A stretch of DNA of 64,000 nucleotides from Erysipelotrichaceae bacterium (GTDB lineage Bacteria > Bacillota_I > Bacilli_A > Erysipelotrichales > Erysipelotrichaceae). Each line of letters starts with the position of its first letter. The stretch's first letter is position 1. Shown piece after piece: positions 12,119 through 21,678 of the stretch. A program made the position numbers and the translations under genes. The notes beneath the pieces were generated by a model. That model worked only from the letters and a program-made list of their open reading frames with translations, was not told the origin of the DNA and searched no databases. The stretch covers positions 47,922-111,921 of the forward strand of contig JAWRHV010000023.1 of assembly GCA_040266995.1 (NCBI GenBank), in the 5' to 3' direction.

Positions 12119-12889
12119 CTATTTGACCGCAATCAAGAACAGCCGAGGGAAGTGAAATAAAATCTCTCCATTCTTTTGTACAGGGAATGATTTTTTGACT
12201 TCTTCAAATATCTCGGATTCAAACTGTTTGGATTCTTCCTCATTCAATTTCTCAAGATATGGGAACATACCGATTCCCTTCAACAGCTCCATAATACTTT
12301 CATGATCCGGCATACGATGGCAATACGTCGTAAACCAATATGTAAAATCACTGGACAGCTCGCTTAACAAGTCAAAGTATTCTTCTTCTTTTAAATTATA
12401 AAAAGTCCGGATCCCTTCCAGCTTTTCTTTCCACGGTTCCCGCTGGCACACGTTTTGAATGATCGCATGCATCGGATGGCCGGCCTGCATCGGTGTCTGA
12501 ATGGCAACGACGCCCCCTTCATTGACAATGTCCATCATATTTCGCAATACCTGGGCATGATTCGGAATCCATTGAATGGCCGTATTGGAAAACAGAAGAT
12601 CATACTTCTGTTTGATGCTGACAAGATCTTTGGTGACATCTAAATAACAGAATGTCAGATCCGGATGATACTCGCGGGCTTTGTTCAAAGCTTCTCGAGA
12701 ATGATCCACCCCGATAATATGTGCATTTGGATATCTTTTTTTCAAAACGTCGGTACTGTTTCCCAATCCACATCCAATATCCATAATTCTCTTTGGGCTG
12801 GTTAACGGAATATGTATTGCCAGATCGACAGAAGCTCTTGTCCGGGCATCTGAAAACTGGCTGTATTGTTTTAAACTCATTTTCTGCAT
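12119..12889 (-). CDS. class I SAM-dependent methyltransferase (trans-aconitate methyltransferase-like)
   Basis: SAM-binding motif DIGCGLGNST. I started it at MQKMSLKQY, an internal Met of the longer ORF. Confidence 0.7.
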   Translation of the reverse strand: MQKMSLKQYSQFSDARTRASVDLAIHIPLTSPKRIMDIGCGLGNSTDVLKKRYPNAHIIGVDHSREALNKAREYHPDLTFCYLDVTKDLVSIKQKYDLLFSNTAIQWIPNHAQVLRNMMDIVNEGGVVAIQTPMQAGHPMHAIIQNVCQREPWKEKLEGIRTFYNLKEEEYFDLLSELSSDFTYWFTTYCHRMPDHESIMELLKGIGMFPYLEKLNEEESKQFESEIFEEVKKSFPVQKNGEILFHFPRLFLIAVK

Positions 12890-13130
12890 AAATCGTTCCC
12901 CCTGTATCTTAATAGGTTTATTATACCCCATTCGCACGCATTATTCATCTAAAGCCTTCTTAAATTGTATTTCATACAATTCCATACAGACGCCGAAAAA
13001 CTTTTATTTGATCTATGCTTGTTCCTGTCGTCCTTTTCTTCATCGAATCAGTCCTTCTATCCGATCCATCCTCTCTGTTGTCATTCCTTTTTCAATAAAA
13101 CTCGTAGAATTGATATATAAAAGAAACGGA

Positions 13131-13811
13131 TTACTCCGTTTCTGTCTGTTCTATAATGATGGCATAATAGGCTGATGCAATCTGTTTTGCCAGCATCCGT
13201 GTATTTCTTTGTATATTTCTGCACTCTTCCGGATGGGTAATAAAACCCACTTCCATCAACATTGAGGGAATCTGCAGATTGTTGACCACATATAATGGTT
13301 CATGATCCGTTTGGTTGATGCCTCTGCTTTGTGACCAATGGATCTGGTTGAGATTTTCTTCGATGTGATCGGCGATGGCTCTGCTGATTTCATCATCGGA
13401 ACGAATATAAAAGCTATATCCTCTCGCTTCAGAATTTTCTGAAGCATCCAGATGGATCGATAGATAATAGTCTGCTTGCTGCTCATTGGCAAAGATGACG
13501 CGTCCGATCAGATCATCCGTTTCGTTATCCGCCCAATCCACTACATCGTCATCCCTTACATACACCACTTTGATACGTCGGTCCATGCGATGCAGTGTTT
13601 TTCCCACTTGTTTGGCTAACTTCAATGTCACATCTTTTTCCATCGTACCATCGGCACCAATGGAACCGGGATCATATCCACCATGCCCGGCATCGATGAC
13701 AACTGTAGCTATGGTGTGGGACTCATAATAGAAATGCATACACAGACAGCCGGAAATCACCAACAAAATCGCAAGCAGGCCGATCATAATCTTTTTTCCT
13801 AAATGATTCAT
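13131..13811 (-). CDS. N-acetylmuramoyl-L-alanine amidase (Amidase_3, CwlD-like)
   Basis: 226 aa with a signal-like N-terminus, then VVIDAGHGGYDPGS and the conserved Glu/His zinc ligands of the Amidase_3 family. Confidence 0.75.
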   Translation of the reverse strand: MNHLGKKIMIGLLAILLVISGCLCMHFYYESHTIATVVIDAGHGGYDPGSIGADGTMEKDVTLKLAKQVGKTLHRMDRRIKVVYVRDDDVVDWADNETDDLIGRVIFANEQQADYYLSIHLDASENSEARGYSFYIRSDDEISRAIADHIEENLNQIHWSQSRGINQTDHEPLYVVNNLQIPSMLMEVGFITHPEECRNIQRNTRMLAKQIASAYYAIIIEQTETE

Positions 13812-13876
13812 AGTGCTATTCTAACAGAAACTTATGGGAAAACAATGGGAAGAAAAAAAGTGCTTTTTCAGCACTT

Positions 13877-14305
13877 TTACGGTAAGATATCCAATACTTT
13901 ATACAATAACCGGTACAATTCCTTTCCATCCTGCGGATCCAAAGCGATACACTGTCCAACCTGCTCGGGAATATTGCAGGCCTGCTGCTGCAGATCCATG
14001 CCTTTCTGTGTCAGGCTGACCTCTGTGACTCTTTCGTCTTCTTTACTGCGACAGCGGCTCACATACCCGTTTTTTTCCATCTTTTTTAATAATGGGGTTA
14101 AAGTACCGCTATCCAGATACAGCTTCTCGCATAAGTCTCCTACCCGCATCGTTCCGTGTTCCCACAGGACCATAAAAACAATGTATTGTGTATACGTTAA
14201 CCCCAGCGCTTTCAGATACGGTGTATACACATTTGTTACTTTACGAGCTGCCGCGTATAAAGGGAAGCATAGCTGGTTATCCAGTTTCAATTCATCACAG
14301 ATCAT
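13877..14305 (-). CDS. MarR-family transcriptional regulator
   Basis: Winged-HTH block LGLTYTQYIVFMVLWEHGTMRVGDLCEKLYLDSGTLTPLLKKMEKNGYVSR. I chose the start at MICDEL (14305) so it does not overlap trxA. Confidence 0.75.
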   Translation of the reverse strand: MICDELKLDNQLCFPLYAAARKVTNVYTPYLKALGLTYTQYIVFMVLWEHGTMRVGDLCEKLYLDSGTLTPLLKKMEKNGYVSRCRSKEDERVTEVSLTQKGMDLQQQACNIPEQVGQCIALDPQDGKELYRLLYKVLDILP

Positions 14306-14318
14306 ATCCACTACCCTG

Positions 14319-14630
14319 CTAAGCGACAGCTTGTTCGATCCAGCTGCGTAAAGCCGGTTCCGGACGGAAACCAATTGTCTGTGCCACCGGTTTTCCATCT
14401 TTTAATACAATCATTGTCGGGATGCTCTGGATACCGAACTGCATTGCCAGTTCATCGTTTACATCCACATCCAAATTGTAGAAAGCAACTTCGCTCATCT
14501 CTTCCGACAGCTTTTCCAGGATCGGCGCTGTCATCTTGCATGGACCACACCATACAGCGGAGAAGTCGATGACTGCGTACTTCTTTGTGAGCGCTTCGCT
14601 CATATCGTTGTTCTGAATAATGTTTACCAT
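14319..14630 (-). CDS. trxA: thioredoxin
   Basis: 103 aa with the WCGPC active site. Confidence 0.9.
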   Translation of the reverse strand: MVNIIQNNDMSEALTKKYAVIDFSAVWCGPCKMTAPILEKLSEEMSEVAFYNLDVDVNDELAMQFGIQSIPTMIVLKDGKPVAQTIGFRPEPALRSWIEQAVA

Positions 14631-14634
14631 AGTT

Positions 14635-15504
14635 TTATCCTCTTTTCTTTTGATCTAAATAATTAACGGCACTCAAAGCCGCTACATTGCCTTGTCCGGC
14701 TGCTTTAATATACTGATATGGCTGTCCGGCGATATCACCGGCAGCAAACAATCCCGGTATATTGGTTTTCATCTGCAGATCCACCTTGACCGCGTTGCCG
14801 TCAATTTCCAGTCCCGGTACCAGTTGTCCCGGAAATTGTGCTGCTCTTAAGATAAAGACACAATCCACATCATACGTATTCTGATTCGTTTTTAATGACT
14901 GGATCTTCATGCCACCCTTCATTTCAACAGGTCGTTCATGAATCACCTCTACATTATCATGGGTGAATACCGGCTCTTCTTTGTACAGAGGAAAATAGTA
15001 GACTTTCTGACATACTTCTCCCAGGAAATCCGCTTCGGCTTCCTCCTCTTTCGAACCACCGATGCATGCGACGACCTTTCCTTTATACAAAGGGGCATCA
15101 CACGTTGCACAATAGCTCACGCCTCGTCCCAGGAACTGTTCTTCTCCCGGGTACGGTTTCCCGGCTACCACACCACTGGCCAGGATCACAGCTTCCGCCT
15201 CGACCATACTGTTATCCGACAGCTGCAAGGTGAAGAAATCACCCATCGCATACACCGTCGTGACTTTTTTCTCCGTAATGTCGATTCCCAGTGCTTCGAG
15301 CTGCCGGGTGAAAGCCTGTGCCATTTCCTTTCCGGTGGCCTCCGGCAATCCTAAATAGTTCTTGATGGGATGGTCCACGACCTGCATCTTATTGGACAAT
15401 TGTTTGTTGCCGAATAACACAATATTTTTGTTTCTTACTTTAGCGGTAATTGCCGCCTCCAGGCCGGCAGGACCGGTCCCTATAATCGCAATATCATAAC
15501 GCAT
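14635..15504 (-). CDS. trxB: thioredoxin-disulfide reductase-like flavoprotein
   Basis: 289 aa with an N-terminal FAD motif (GTGPAG) and redox CATC (CxxC). The central NAD(P) motif GGSKEE is atypical, so the call is tentative. Confidence 0.7.
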   Translation of the reverse strand: MRYDIAIIGTGPAGLEAAITAKVRNKNIVLFGNKQLSNKMQVVDHPIKNYLGLPEATGKEMAQAFTRQLEALGIDITEKKVTTVYAMGDFFTLQLSDNSMVEAEAVILASGVVAGKPYPGEEQFLGRGVSYCATCDAPLYKGKVVACIGGSKEEEAEADFLGEVCQKVYYFPLYKEEPVFTHDNVEVIHERPVEMKGGMKIQSLKTNQNTYDVDCVFILRAAQFPGQLVPGLEIDGNAVKVDLQMKTNIPGLFAAGDIAGQPYQYIKAAGQGNVAALSAVNYLDQKKRG

Positions 15505-15516
15505 GGTACACCCTCC

Positions 15517-16062
15517 TTAGATCAGAGAAGCAACGCAGCTCTTAACCTCTTTCATATCCGCTGTCGGTTCAAAACGAGCAACTACATTGCCGGAACGATC
15601 TACCACAAATTTTGTGAAATTCCATTTGATATCCGGATTCGTTTTATAATTTTTATCTATCTTTTTGAGCATGGCACTCATAGCTAACGCTTTCGGTCCC
15701 CGACCAAAGCCTTCAAATCCCTTCTGGGATTTCAAATATGTAAACAAAGGCAGCGCATGATCTCCGTTGACCTCGCTCTTTTTCATCTGTGGAAACTGTG
15801 TATTGTATTTTAATGTACAGAACTGATGGATTTCCTCATCCGTTCCCGGTGTCTGGCCTGCAAACTGATTACAAGGTACATCGATAATTTCCAAACCCTT
15901 GTCATGGTATTCCTCATATATTTTTTCCAGATCTTCATATTGAGGTGTAAAACCACAGCCTGTTGCGGTATTGACAATTAACACGACTTTTCCTTCAAAA
16001 TCCTTCATAGAAACATCTTCGCCCGACGGCTTTTTTACTGTATATTCATAGAAACTCATCAT
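15517..16062 (-). CDS. gpx: glutathione peroxidase
   Basis: VNTATGCGFTPQYEDLE, the FPCNQF-like VPCNQFAGQ block and WNFTKF(L/V)VDR motifs. Confidence 0.9.
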   Translation of the reverse strand: MMSFYEYTVKKPSGEDVSMKDFEGKVVLIVNTATGCGFTPQYEDLEKIYEEYHDKGLEIIDVPCNQFAGQTPGTDEEIHQFCTLKYNTQFPQMKKSEVNGDHALPLFTYLKSQKGFEGFGRGPKALAMSAMLKKIDKNYKTNPDIKWNFTKFVVDRSGNVVARFEPTADMKEVKSCVASLI

Positions 16063-16130
16063 TGACTCCTCCTTTTATATTTTGTTCAATTATATTTTAC
16101 TAAATTTATTTGAATTGTCAATCAGAATGT

Positions 16131-16946
16131 TTACTTTTCCTTTAATAATCGTACCAATCGTTCTATGAGCCAGTCATTCTCCAGGCCTCTGTCATTATAA
16201 TATCGTATGCACTGCACATAAAGACGGATCCATTCCGCTGTCGGTGCTGTATCCGGTCTTACCTTCAGGATCCAAGGAGCCAAGGATGGTGCCGCTACCC
16301 CTTTTTTCATGCATAGCACCAGATAATCCCGATATAACGAAAAAGAATAAGAAACTTGTTCCATCCTTTCATTCAGGATGTCCCAGTACTCGTCCTTCCC
16401 CATCTTCACTAGCTGTATACAATCTGCCACCATCTTTTGGCGGCTTTCTTTATATAGATCCTGATAGAAAGGATCTGTCTTCGCATATGCCCGTAATGCC
16501 TTCTGATAACAAGTGATGGCTTTGGACGGCAGGCTGATCTTCTGGTATGCCCGAGCCCTCTGATCATAACATTCACCCTGTACATAATATATATGCGCAT
16601 ATTGGATGGCTGCCTCAAAGCAATATGGACAAGCTTCATGATAGTGTGGAAATACTTTTCCGCAATTCGTACAAACATAGCTTTCCTGGTTCTTGCTGAT
16701 ACACCGTTTTTTATACGGTGTTTTGTGAAGATGATCCATCCATATCGTCTTTTCGATTTCCTGAATAGAAGGCACGACACTTAAAAACGCCTCCGGGGCA
16801 TTCCTTCCCATTGTCTGCAGACCTTTTTCAATCAGCAATCGCCGCTTTTGATATATAGGATTTTTAGAATTCGGATCCAGATCCGATGGTGTATATTCAA
16901 AATAATCATTTCCGATCAAAAACCGATGATACTTTGTCAATGTCAT
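16131..16946 (-). CDS. hypothetical protein with a CxxC...CxxC zinc-ribbon and helical (TPR-like) repeats
   Basis: 271 aa with CTNCGKVFPHYHEACPYC followed by repeated AxxYxxA-type helices. I recognise no family for it. Confidence 0.45.
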   Translation of the reverse strand: MTLTKYHRFLIGNDYFEYTPSDLDPNSKNPIYQKRRLLIEKGLQTMGRNAPEAFLSVVPSIQEIEKTIWMDHLHKTPYKKRCISKNQESYVCTNCGKVFPHYHEACPYCFEAAIQYAHIYYVQGECYDQRARAYQKISLPSKAITCYQKALRAYAKTDPFYQDLYKESRQKMVADCIQLVKMGKDEYWDILNERMEQVSYSFSLYRDYLVLCMKKGVAAPSLAPWILKVRPDTAPTAEWIRLYVQCIRYYNDRGLENDWLIERLVRLLKEK

Positions 16947-17076
16947 GGAAATCTCCTTTTTCTATCTCTTTTTTCAATTATATCGGTTTATAGCCGTTAT
17001 ATCAAAATATATATCTGTTATATTCCGTCATAGTCATCATCGAAATCCTTTAAAATATAGATAAGGTTTTATAAGT

Positions 17077-17385
17077 ATGATGGAAAAACAGTTTATTGAA
17101 CGCCTTGTTGAGCTCCGTATGAAAAAAGGGGTTTCTGCCCGAGACATGAGTACGACGATAGGATTTAACGCAGGATATATCAATGACATCGAATCAGGAA
17201 AATCAATGCCGACAATGGCCAACTTCTTTAACATCTGCCAATATCTGCAGATTACACCGGAACAATACTTTCAATACCAGAATTCGTGTCCGAAAGAAGT
17301 CGAAGACATCTGCCGGAATCTAAAAAAGCTGACGGATGAACAATTATATGTGGTTCGTTTTCTGATTCGTGGATGGTTAGAATAA
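17077..17385 (+). CDS. XRE-family helix-turn-helix transcriptional regulator
   Basis: 102 aa with the HTH_3 block LVELRMKKGVSARDMSTTIGFNAGYINDIESGKSMPTMANFFNICQYLQITPEQYF. Confidence 0.8.
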   Translation: MMEKQFIERLVELRMKKGVSARDMSTTIGFNAGYINDIESGKSMPTMANFFNICQYLQITPEQYFQYQNSCPKEVEDICRNLKKLTDEQLYVVRFLIRGWLE

Positions 17386-17430
17386 AAAACATGAAGCAAG
17401 CGTAATGCTGCTTCATGTTTTATTTTTATA
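17386..17430. terminator. bidirectional intrinsic terminator (XRE gene / ddh)
   Basis: AACATGAAGCA-loop-TGCTTCATGTT 11-bp stem. An A-run lies upstream and a T-run (ttttatttttat) downstream. Confidence 0.75.
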
Positions 17431-17460
17431 TAATTATCATTAAAATGACCGCCGGTCGGT

Positions 17461-18444
17461 TTATAACAAATGAGCCCGTAGATCATCATCGGATAGAGTA
17501 CTTAAATAAGCTGGTGGAATATCCAAAACAGTCTTACAGCCGGTCACGCCTTCATCGTAAAGACGTTTCACTGCCCGTGCATAAGCGACCAGTACACTGG
17601 TTGTGAATTCCGGATTTGAATCCAGCTTCAAGCTGTATTCAATAATGTGCTTATTCTCCTGATTCCATCCGGTTGTGCCGCTGCGGAATACAAAACCGCC
17701 GTGTGCCATTCCCTGGTGGTTGGCATTGAATTCTTCTTCCGAAATAAAATGTACAGTTGTATCATATTCATCAAAGTAGTTCGGCATCGTAACAATTTCC
17801 TGTTCCACTTTGGTGGCATCCGCGCCTTCTTTCAAGACTACAAAACATTCTCTGGTGTGTTTCTGACGGACGGAAAGCTGTGGCTGGCTGCCACTGCGTA
17901 CAGCATCCAGCGCTTCCTGTACCGGAATGGTATACTGTTTTGCGTTCTTGACGCCATCAATGCGTCGGATCGCATCCGAATGCCCCTGGGAAACACCTTT
18001 GCCCCAGAATGTATAGTCACTGCCATTTGGCAGGATTGCGTTGGCATATACACGATTCAAGGAGAACAATCCCGGATCCCAACCTACGGAAATCATAGCA
18101 ACATGACCAGAGTCCTTCGCTGCCTGATCTACGTTTTTAAAATGGGTTGGAATATTGGCGTGGGTATCAAAGCTGTCTATCACATTAAAGTACTTCGCAT
18201 ATTCCGGTGTTTGTACCGGCAGATCGGTGGCGCTTCCACCGCAAATGATCATAACGTCAATTTTATCCACCCATTGTTCCACATCGGCTACACTGCAGAC
18301 AGGCACATCTTCACAATGAATTTTTAATGTAGATGGATCTCTACGTGTAAAGACGGCAACCAGTTCCATATCCGGCGCAGCGGATACAGCACATTCTACT
18401 CCACGGCCCAAATTTCCATAACCAATAATACCAATTCTTGTCAT
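17461..18444 (-). CDS. ddh: meso-diaminopimelate D-dehydrogenase
   Basis: 327 aa starting MTRIGIIGYGNLGRGVE (Rossmann fold). The overall sequence is Ddh-like, and the gene is last in a lysA-dapA-dapB operon. Confidence 0.8.
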   Translation of the reverse strand: MTRIGIIGYGNLGRGVECAVSAAPDMELVAVFTRRDPSTLKIHCEDVPVCSVADVEQWVDKIDVMIICGGSATDLPVQTPEYAKYFNVIDSFDTHANIPTHFKNVDQAAKDSGHVAMISVGWDPGLFSLNRVYANAILPNGSDYTFWGKGVSQGHSDAIRRIDGVKNAKQYTIPVQEALDAVRSGSQPQLSVRQKHTRECFVVLKEGADATKVEQEIVTMPNYFDEYDTTVHFISEEEFNANHQGMAHGGFVFRSGTTGWNQENKHIIEYSLKLDSNPEFTTSVLVAYARAVKRLYDEGVTGCKTVLDIPPAYLSTLSDDDLRAHLL

Positions 18445-18480
18445 AGTCTCATCCTCCTCCTTTATTTGTGTATATTTTTT

Positions 18481-19185
18481 CTATAATAAGCTCTTCATAT
18501 TGTACATACCGGCCGGCTGGTTGACCACGAATTCAGCGGCACGGACAGCTCCGTTTACAAAAATCTGACGATTGGTCGCATGATGGGTAATCGTAATACT
18601 TTCATTGTCCCCAAAGAAATGCACCGTATGCTCTCCGGCTTCGGTTCCACCACGCAGGGCATGTACACCGATTTCCTTCTGCCGTGCACCAATCAGGCCT
18701 TCACGACCATATACCTTTTTATAGGCATTGTTCGGATCCATCGCTTCCAGCAATGCTTTCGCTGTCCCGCTGGGAGCATCCGCTTTCTGGTTATGGTGTG
18801 TCTCCACCAATTCCATATCAAAGGAATCTTCCAACAAAGGTGTCACCATTTTCAGCAATTCCGTCAGTACTGTTACACCATAAGAGAAATTGGCACTGAA
18901 GAAAACACGATGCTGTTTGGAAAGATCGGTCAGTTTCTGCTTCTGCGCTTCATCCAGACCGGTCGTTCCGTAGACCAGCGCGCAATCTGTTTTTGCGACA
19001 TAATCAAGGATCCAGTCCAGATTATCACGATGACTGAAATCCAGTAATACATCGGCTGGTTCCAGCCCTTCCAATACACTTAGATCGGTAGCATCCACAT
19101 TGGCCAGTACTGTATGACCTTTGGCTTCCGCCGTCTCTTTGATCAAAGAGCCCATGCGGCCTTTTCCGCCAATCAGCACTTTCAT
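18481..19185 (-). CDS. dapB: 4-hydroxy-tetrahydrodipicolinate reductase
   Basis: 234 aa starting MKVLIGGKGRMGSLI.... The DapB C-terminal domain is present. Confidence 0.85.
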   Translation of the reverse strand: MKVLIGGKGRMGSLIKETAEAKGHTVLANVDATDLSVLEGLEPADVLLDFSHRDNLDWILDYVAKTDCALVYGTTGLDEAQKQKLTDLSKQHRVFFSANFSYGVTVLTELLKMVTPLLEDSFDMELVETHHNQKADAPSGTAKALLEAMDPNNAYKKVYGREGLIGARQKEIGVHALRGGTEAGEHTVHFFGDNESITITHHATNRQIFVNGAVRAAEFVVNQPAGMYNMKSLL

Positions 19186-20057
19186 AAAAGCCCCACCTTT
19201 TCCATCTCGGCCTTCATCTTCGCCTTGTTTGCTTCACTCATCTCATACAAAGGTAACCGCAGAGTACCGGCATGCATACCCATTAGATTCAGGGCGGCTT
19301 TAACCGGGATCGGGTTTACTTCATAGAATAATGAATGAATATAGTCCAGATATTTCAGCTGAATATCCAGGGCTTTTTTCGTATCCCCGTTTAAATAGGA
19401 AGCAACCATTTCGTGGCATTCCTTCGGATTCGTATTGGCGAATACACTGATGACACCACTGCCTCCTAAGGAAAGGATCGGTACAACCATATCGTCATTG
19501 CCGCTATACATCACAAAATCATCATTAATCAGTTTAGCTACATTGGCAGCGTAGCTGATGTTTCCGCTGGCTTCCTTGATTCCTACAATATTCTTATGTT
19601 TTGATAATACTTCAACGGCATGCAGGCTCAAAGAGCATCCGGTACGTCCCGGTACATTGTAGATGATGATCGGTGTATGCACGCGGTCAGCGACAGCCAG
19701 GAAGTGTCGGATCATTCCTTCTTCGTTGGCCTTATTGTAGTATGGAGTAATCAGCAATAACGCATCGACTCCCATCCTTTCATATTTCAAGCTCTTTTCG
19801 ATGGCTGTCTGGGTATCGTTCGATCCGGAACCGGCAATCACCGGAACTCGCCCGTTGACCACCTTCATGGTATGTTCAACGACAGAGTCATCCTCTTCAT
19901 GTGTCATTGTGGAGCTCTCTCCGGTTGTTCCCAAAACAAGGATTCCATCCGTACCGTTTGAAATCTGGAATTCCAGCAAATTGGTCAAAGCCTCAAAATT
20001 AACGCTTCCATCTTCATTAAATGGTGTAACTAAAGCTACGATTGATCCTTTTATCAT
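19182..20057 (-). CDS. dapA: 4-hydroxy-tetrahydrodipicolinate synthase
   Basis: 291 aa with the GTTGES motif and a DapA-like fold. It overlaps the dapB start. Confidence 0.9.
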   Translation of the reverse strand: MIKGSIVALVTPFNEDGSVNFEALTNLLEFQISNGTDGILVLGTTGESSTMTHEEDDSVVEHTMKVVNGRVPVIAGSGSNDTQTAIEKSLKYERMGVDALLLITPYYNKANEEGMIRHFLAVADRVHTPIIIYNVPGRTGCSLSLHAVEVLSKHKNIVGIKEASGNISYAANVAKLINDDFVMYSGNDDMVVPILSLGGSGVISVFANTNPKECHEMVASYLNGDTKKALDIQLKYLDYIHSLFYEVNPIPVKAALNLMGMHAGTLRLPLYEMSEANKAKMKAEMEKVGLL

Positions 20058-20078
20058 AGTATTCTCCTCTTTTCTTTT

Positions 20079-21344
20079 TTAAAGATCCTGTTTGATCAGA
20101 TCTTCATATGTATCTCTTTTTACAACCAGACGACTTTGTCCGTCTTTGACAAAGACGACAGCCGGCCGGCATATACGATTGTAGTGACTGGACATGCTGA
20201 ATCCATAAGCTCCCGTTGTATAGGTGATCAACAGATCGCCCGGTTCGCATTTTGGCAGCATGGCTTGCTGCACCAGAATATCGCCGGATTCACAAAGCTT
20301 ACCAGCTACGCAGACCTCCTCCGTTTTATCTTCATCCATTCGGTTGGCAATATCACAGCTATATTTCGCGTCATACAATGCCGGCCGAATGTTATCGGAC
20401 ATACCTCCATCGACAAAGATATATTTTTTATGTAATGTGGTCTTCTGAAATCCTACCGTATACAGCGTACTTCCCGCTTCAGCCGCAATGCTGCGCCCCG
20501 GTTCGATCATCACTCTTTCCAGAGGAAGATTGTATTTTTCCTTCATAGCCTGGCACGTGGAGATAATCGTATCACAGACAACCGGTAACGGGATCGGTGT
20601 ATCCTCTTCTGTGTAGACGGCCGCAAACCCGCCACCCAGATCCAGCGTTTTTGCCTGGATTCCATACTCAGTCTGCAGCTCATACATGAACTTCGTCATC
20701 GTTTCGATCTCCGCCACGAAGGCATTCTTATCAAAGATCTGAGAACCGATATGTGCTTGAAATCCATCAAATACGATGTTTTCGCTTTCATCGAACAGTC
20801 GGATCAGCTGTGCGATCTCGTCTTTCAACCCGATCGCAATCCCGAATTTGGAATCCACATTGGCTGTTACGATGAACTTATGCGTATGGGCATCCACCCC
20901 CGGATTGACACGCAGGATAATATGCAGCTGATGATCTTCGTTTTTCATTCGCTCCACCAGATATCTGGCTTCCATGATATTATCCACAAAAAACGTTTTT
21001 ACTTTTGAAGAAATGGCATAATCCATTTCCGGCACCGATTTATTATTCCCGTTAAAATACATTCGGTCCGGATCAAAGCCGGCTGCCAACGCTGTATAGA
21101 TTTCCCCGCCGGATACTACATCCAGCGACAATCCATATTCATTGACCAGTTTCACCATTTCTTTGATACAGAACGCTTTGGATGCGTATAAAACCTCCGT
21201 ATCAAATAACTCCGATGTAAATAACGATTTATAATCACTTAATTTCTGACGAATGGCATTTTCGTCATATACATACAAAGGCGTCCCATATTCTTCTGCC
21301 AGCTTTGTGACCGGCACATCCTGAATTCTTAACACTTTCTCCAT
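20079..21344 (-). CDS. lysA: diaminopimelate decarboxylase
   Basis: 421 aa PLP-dependent decarboxylase (alanine racemase fold). It is directly downstream of an L-box. Confidence 0.9.
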   Translation of the reverse strand: MEKVLRIQDVPVTKLAEEYGTPLYVYDENAIRQKLSDYKSLFTSELFDTEVLYASKAFCIKEMVKLVNEYGLSLDVVSGGEIYTALAAGFDPDRMYFNGNNKSVPEMDYAISSKVKTFFVDNIMEARYLVERMKNEDHQLHIILRVNPGVDAHTHKFIVTANVDSKFGIAIGLKDEIAQLIRLFDESENIVFDGFQAHIGSQIFDKNAFVAEIETMTKFMYELQTEYGIQAKTLDLGGGFAAVYTEEDTPIPLPVVCDTIISTCQAMKEKYNLPLERVMIEPGRSIAAEAGSTLYTVGFQKTTLHKKYIFVDGGMSDNIRPALYDAKYSCDIANRMDEDKTEEVCVAGKLCESGDILVQQAMLPKCEPGDLLITYTTGAYGFSMSSHYNRICRPAVVFVKDGQSRLVVKRDTYEDLIKQDL

Positions 21345-21361
21345 AGACTCACCCCTTATCT

Positions 21362-21580
21362 AATAAAAATGTCAGTAGAATACAATCCTACTGACAAACA
21401 AATGAAAAATCCATCAATAAGATAGCACTCCTACTTACGTAGACAGTCCGACAAATATTCTTTGCCGACCCACCATTTAAAAATGCCTTTTTAAACAGTT
21501 CGGCGAAATTGCCTCCGTCTTATATCCAACGTTTGCCAACTCTATAAGACTTCATCGTTTTCGCGCCTCTATCAATTAGG
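21362..21580 (-). promoter_or_regulatory. lysine riboswitch (L-box) with an OFF-state terminator, leader of lysA-dapA-dapB-ddh
   Basis: The minus strand reads TAGAGGCGCGAAAACGATGAAG ... GACGGAGGCAATTTCGCCGAACTG ... TGGTGGGTCGGCAAAG ... GGACTGTCTACGTAAGTAGGAGTGCTATC. These match the conserved L-box blocks (AGAGGCGC, GGAG..GCCGAA, CTGTC, GGAG.GCTATC). A terminator follows: TGTCAGTAG-9nt-CTACTGACA plus UUUUUAUU (21371-21397). Confidence 0.85.
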
Positions 21581-21678
21581 AATATAATAGCACTAATCCC
21601 CTATGAAATCAATCCATTTATCAAAGATCGATTAAAGTCAAAAAAACCAATATACATACATGTATACTGGTTATTTCT

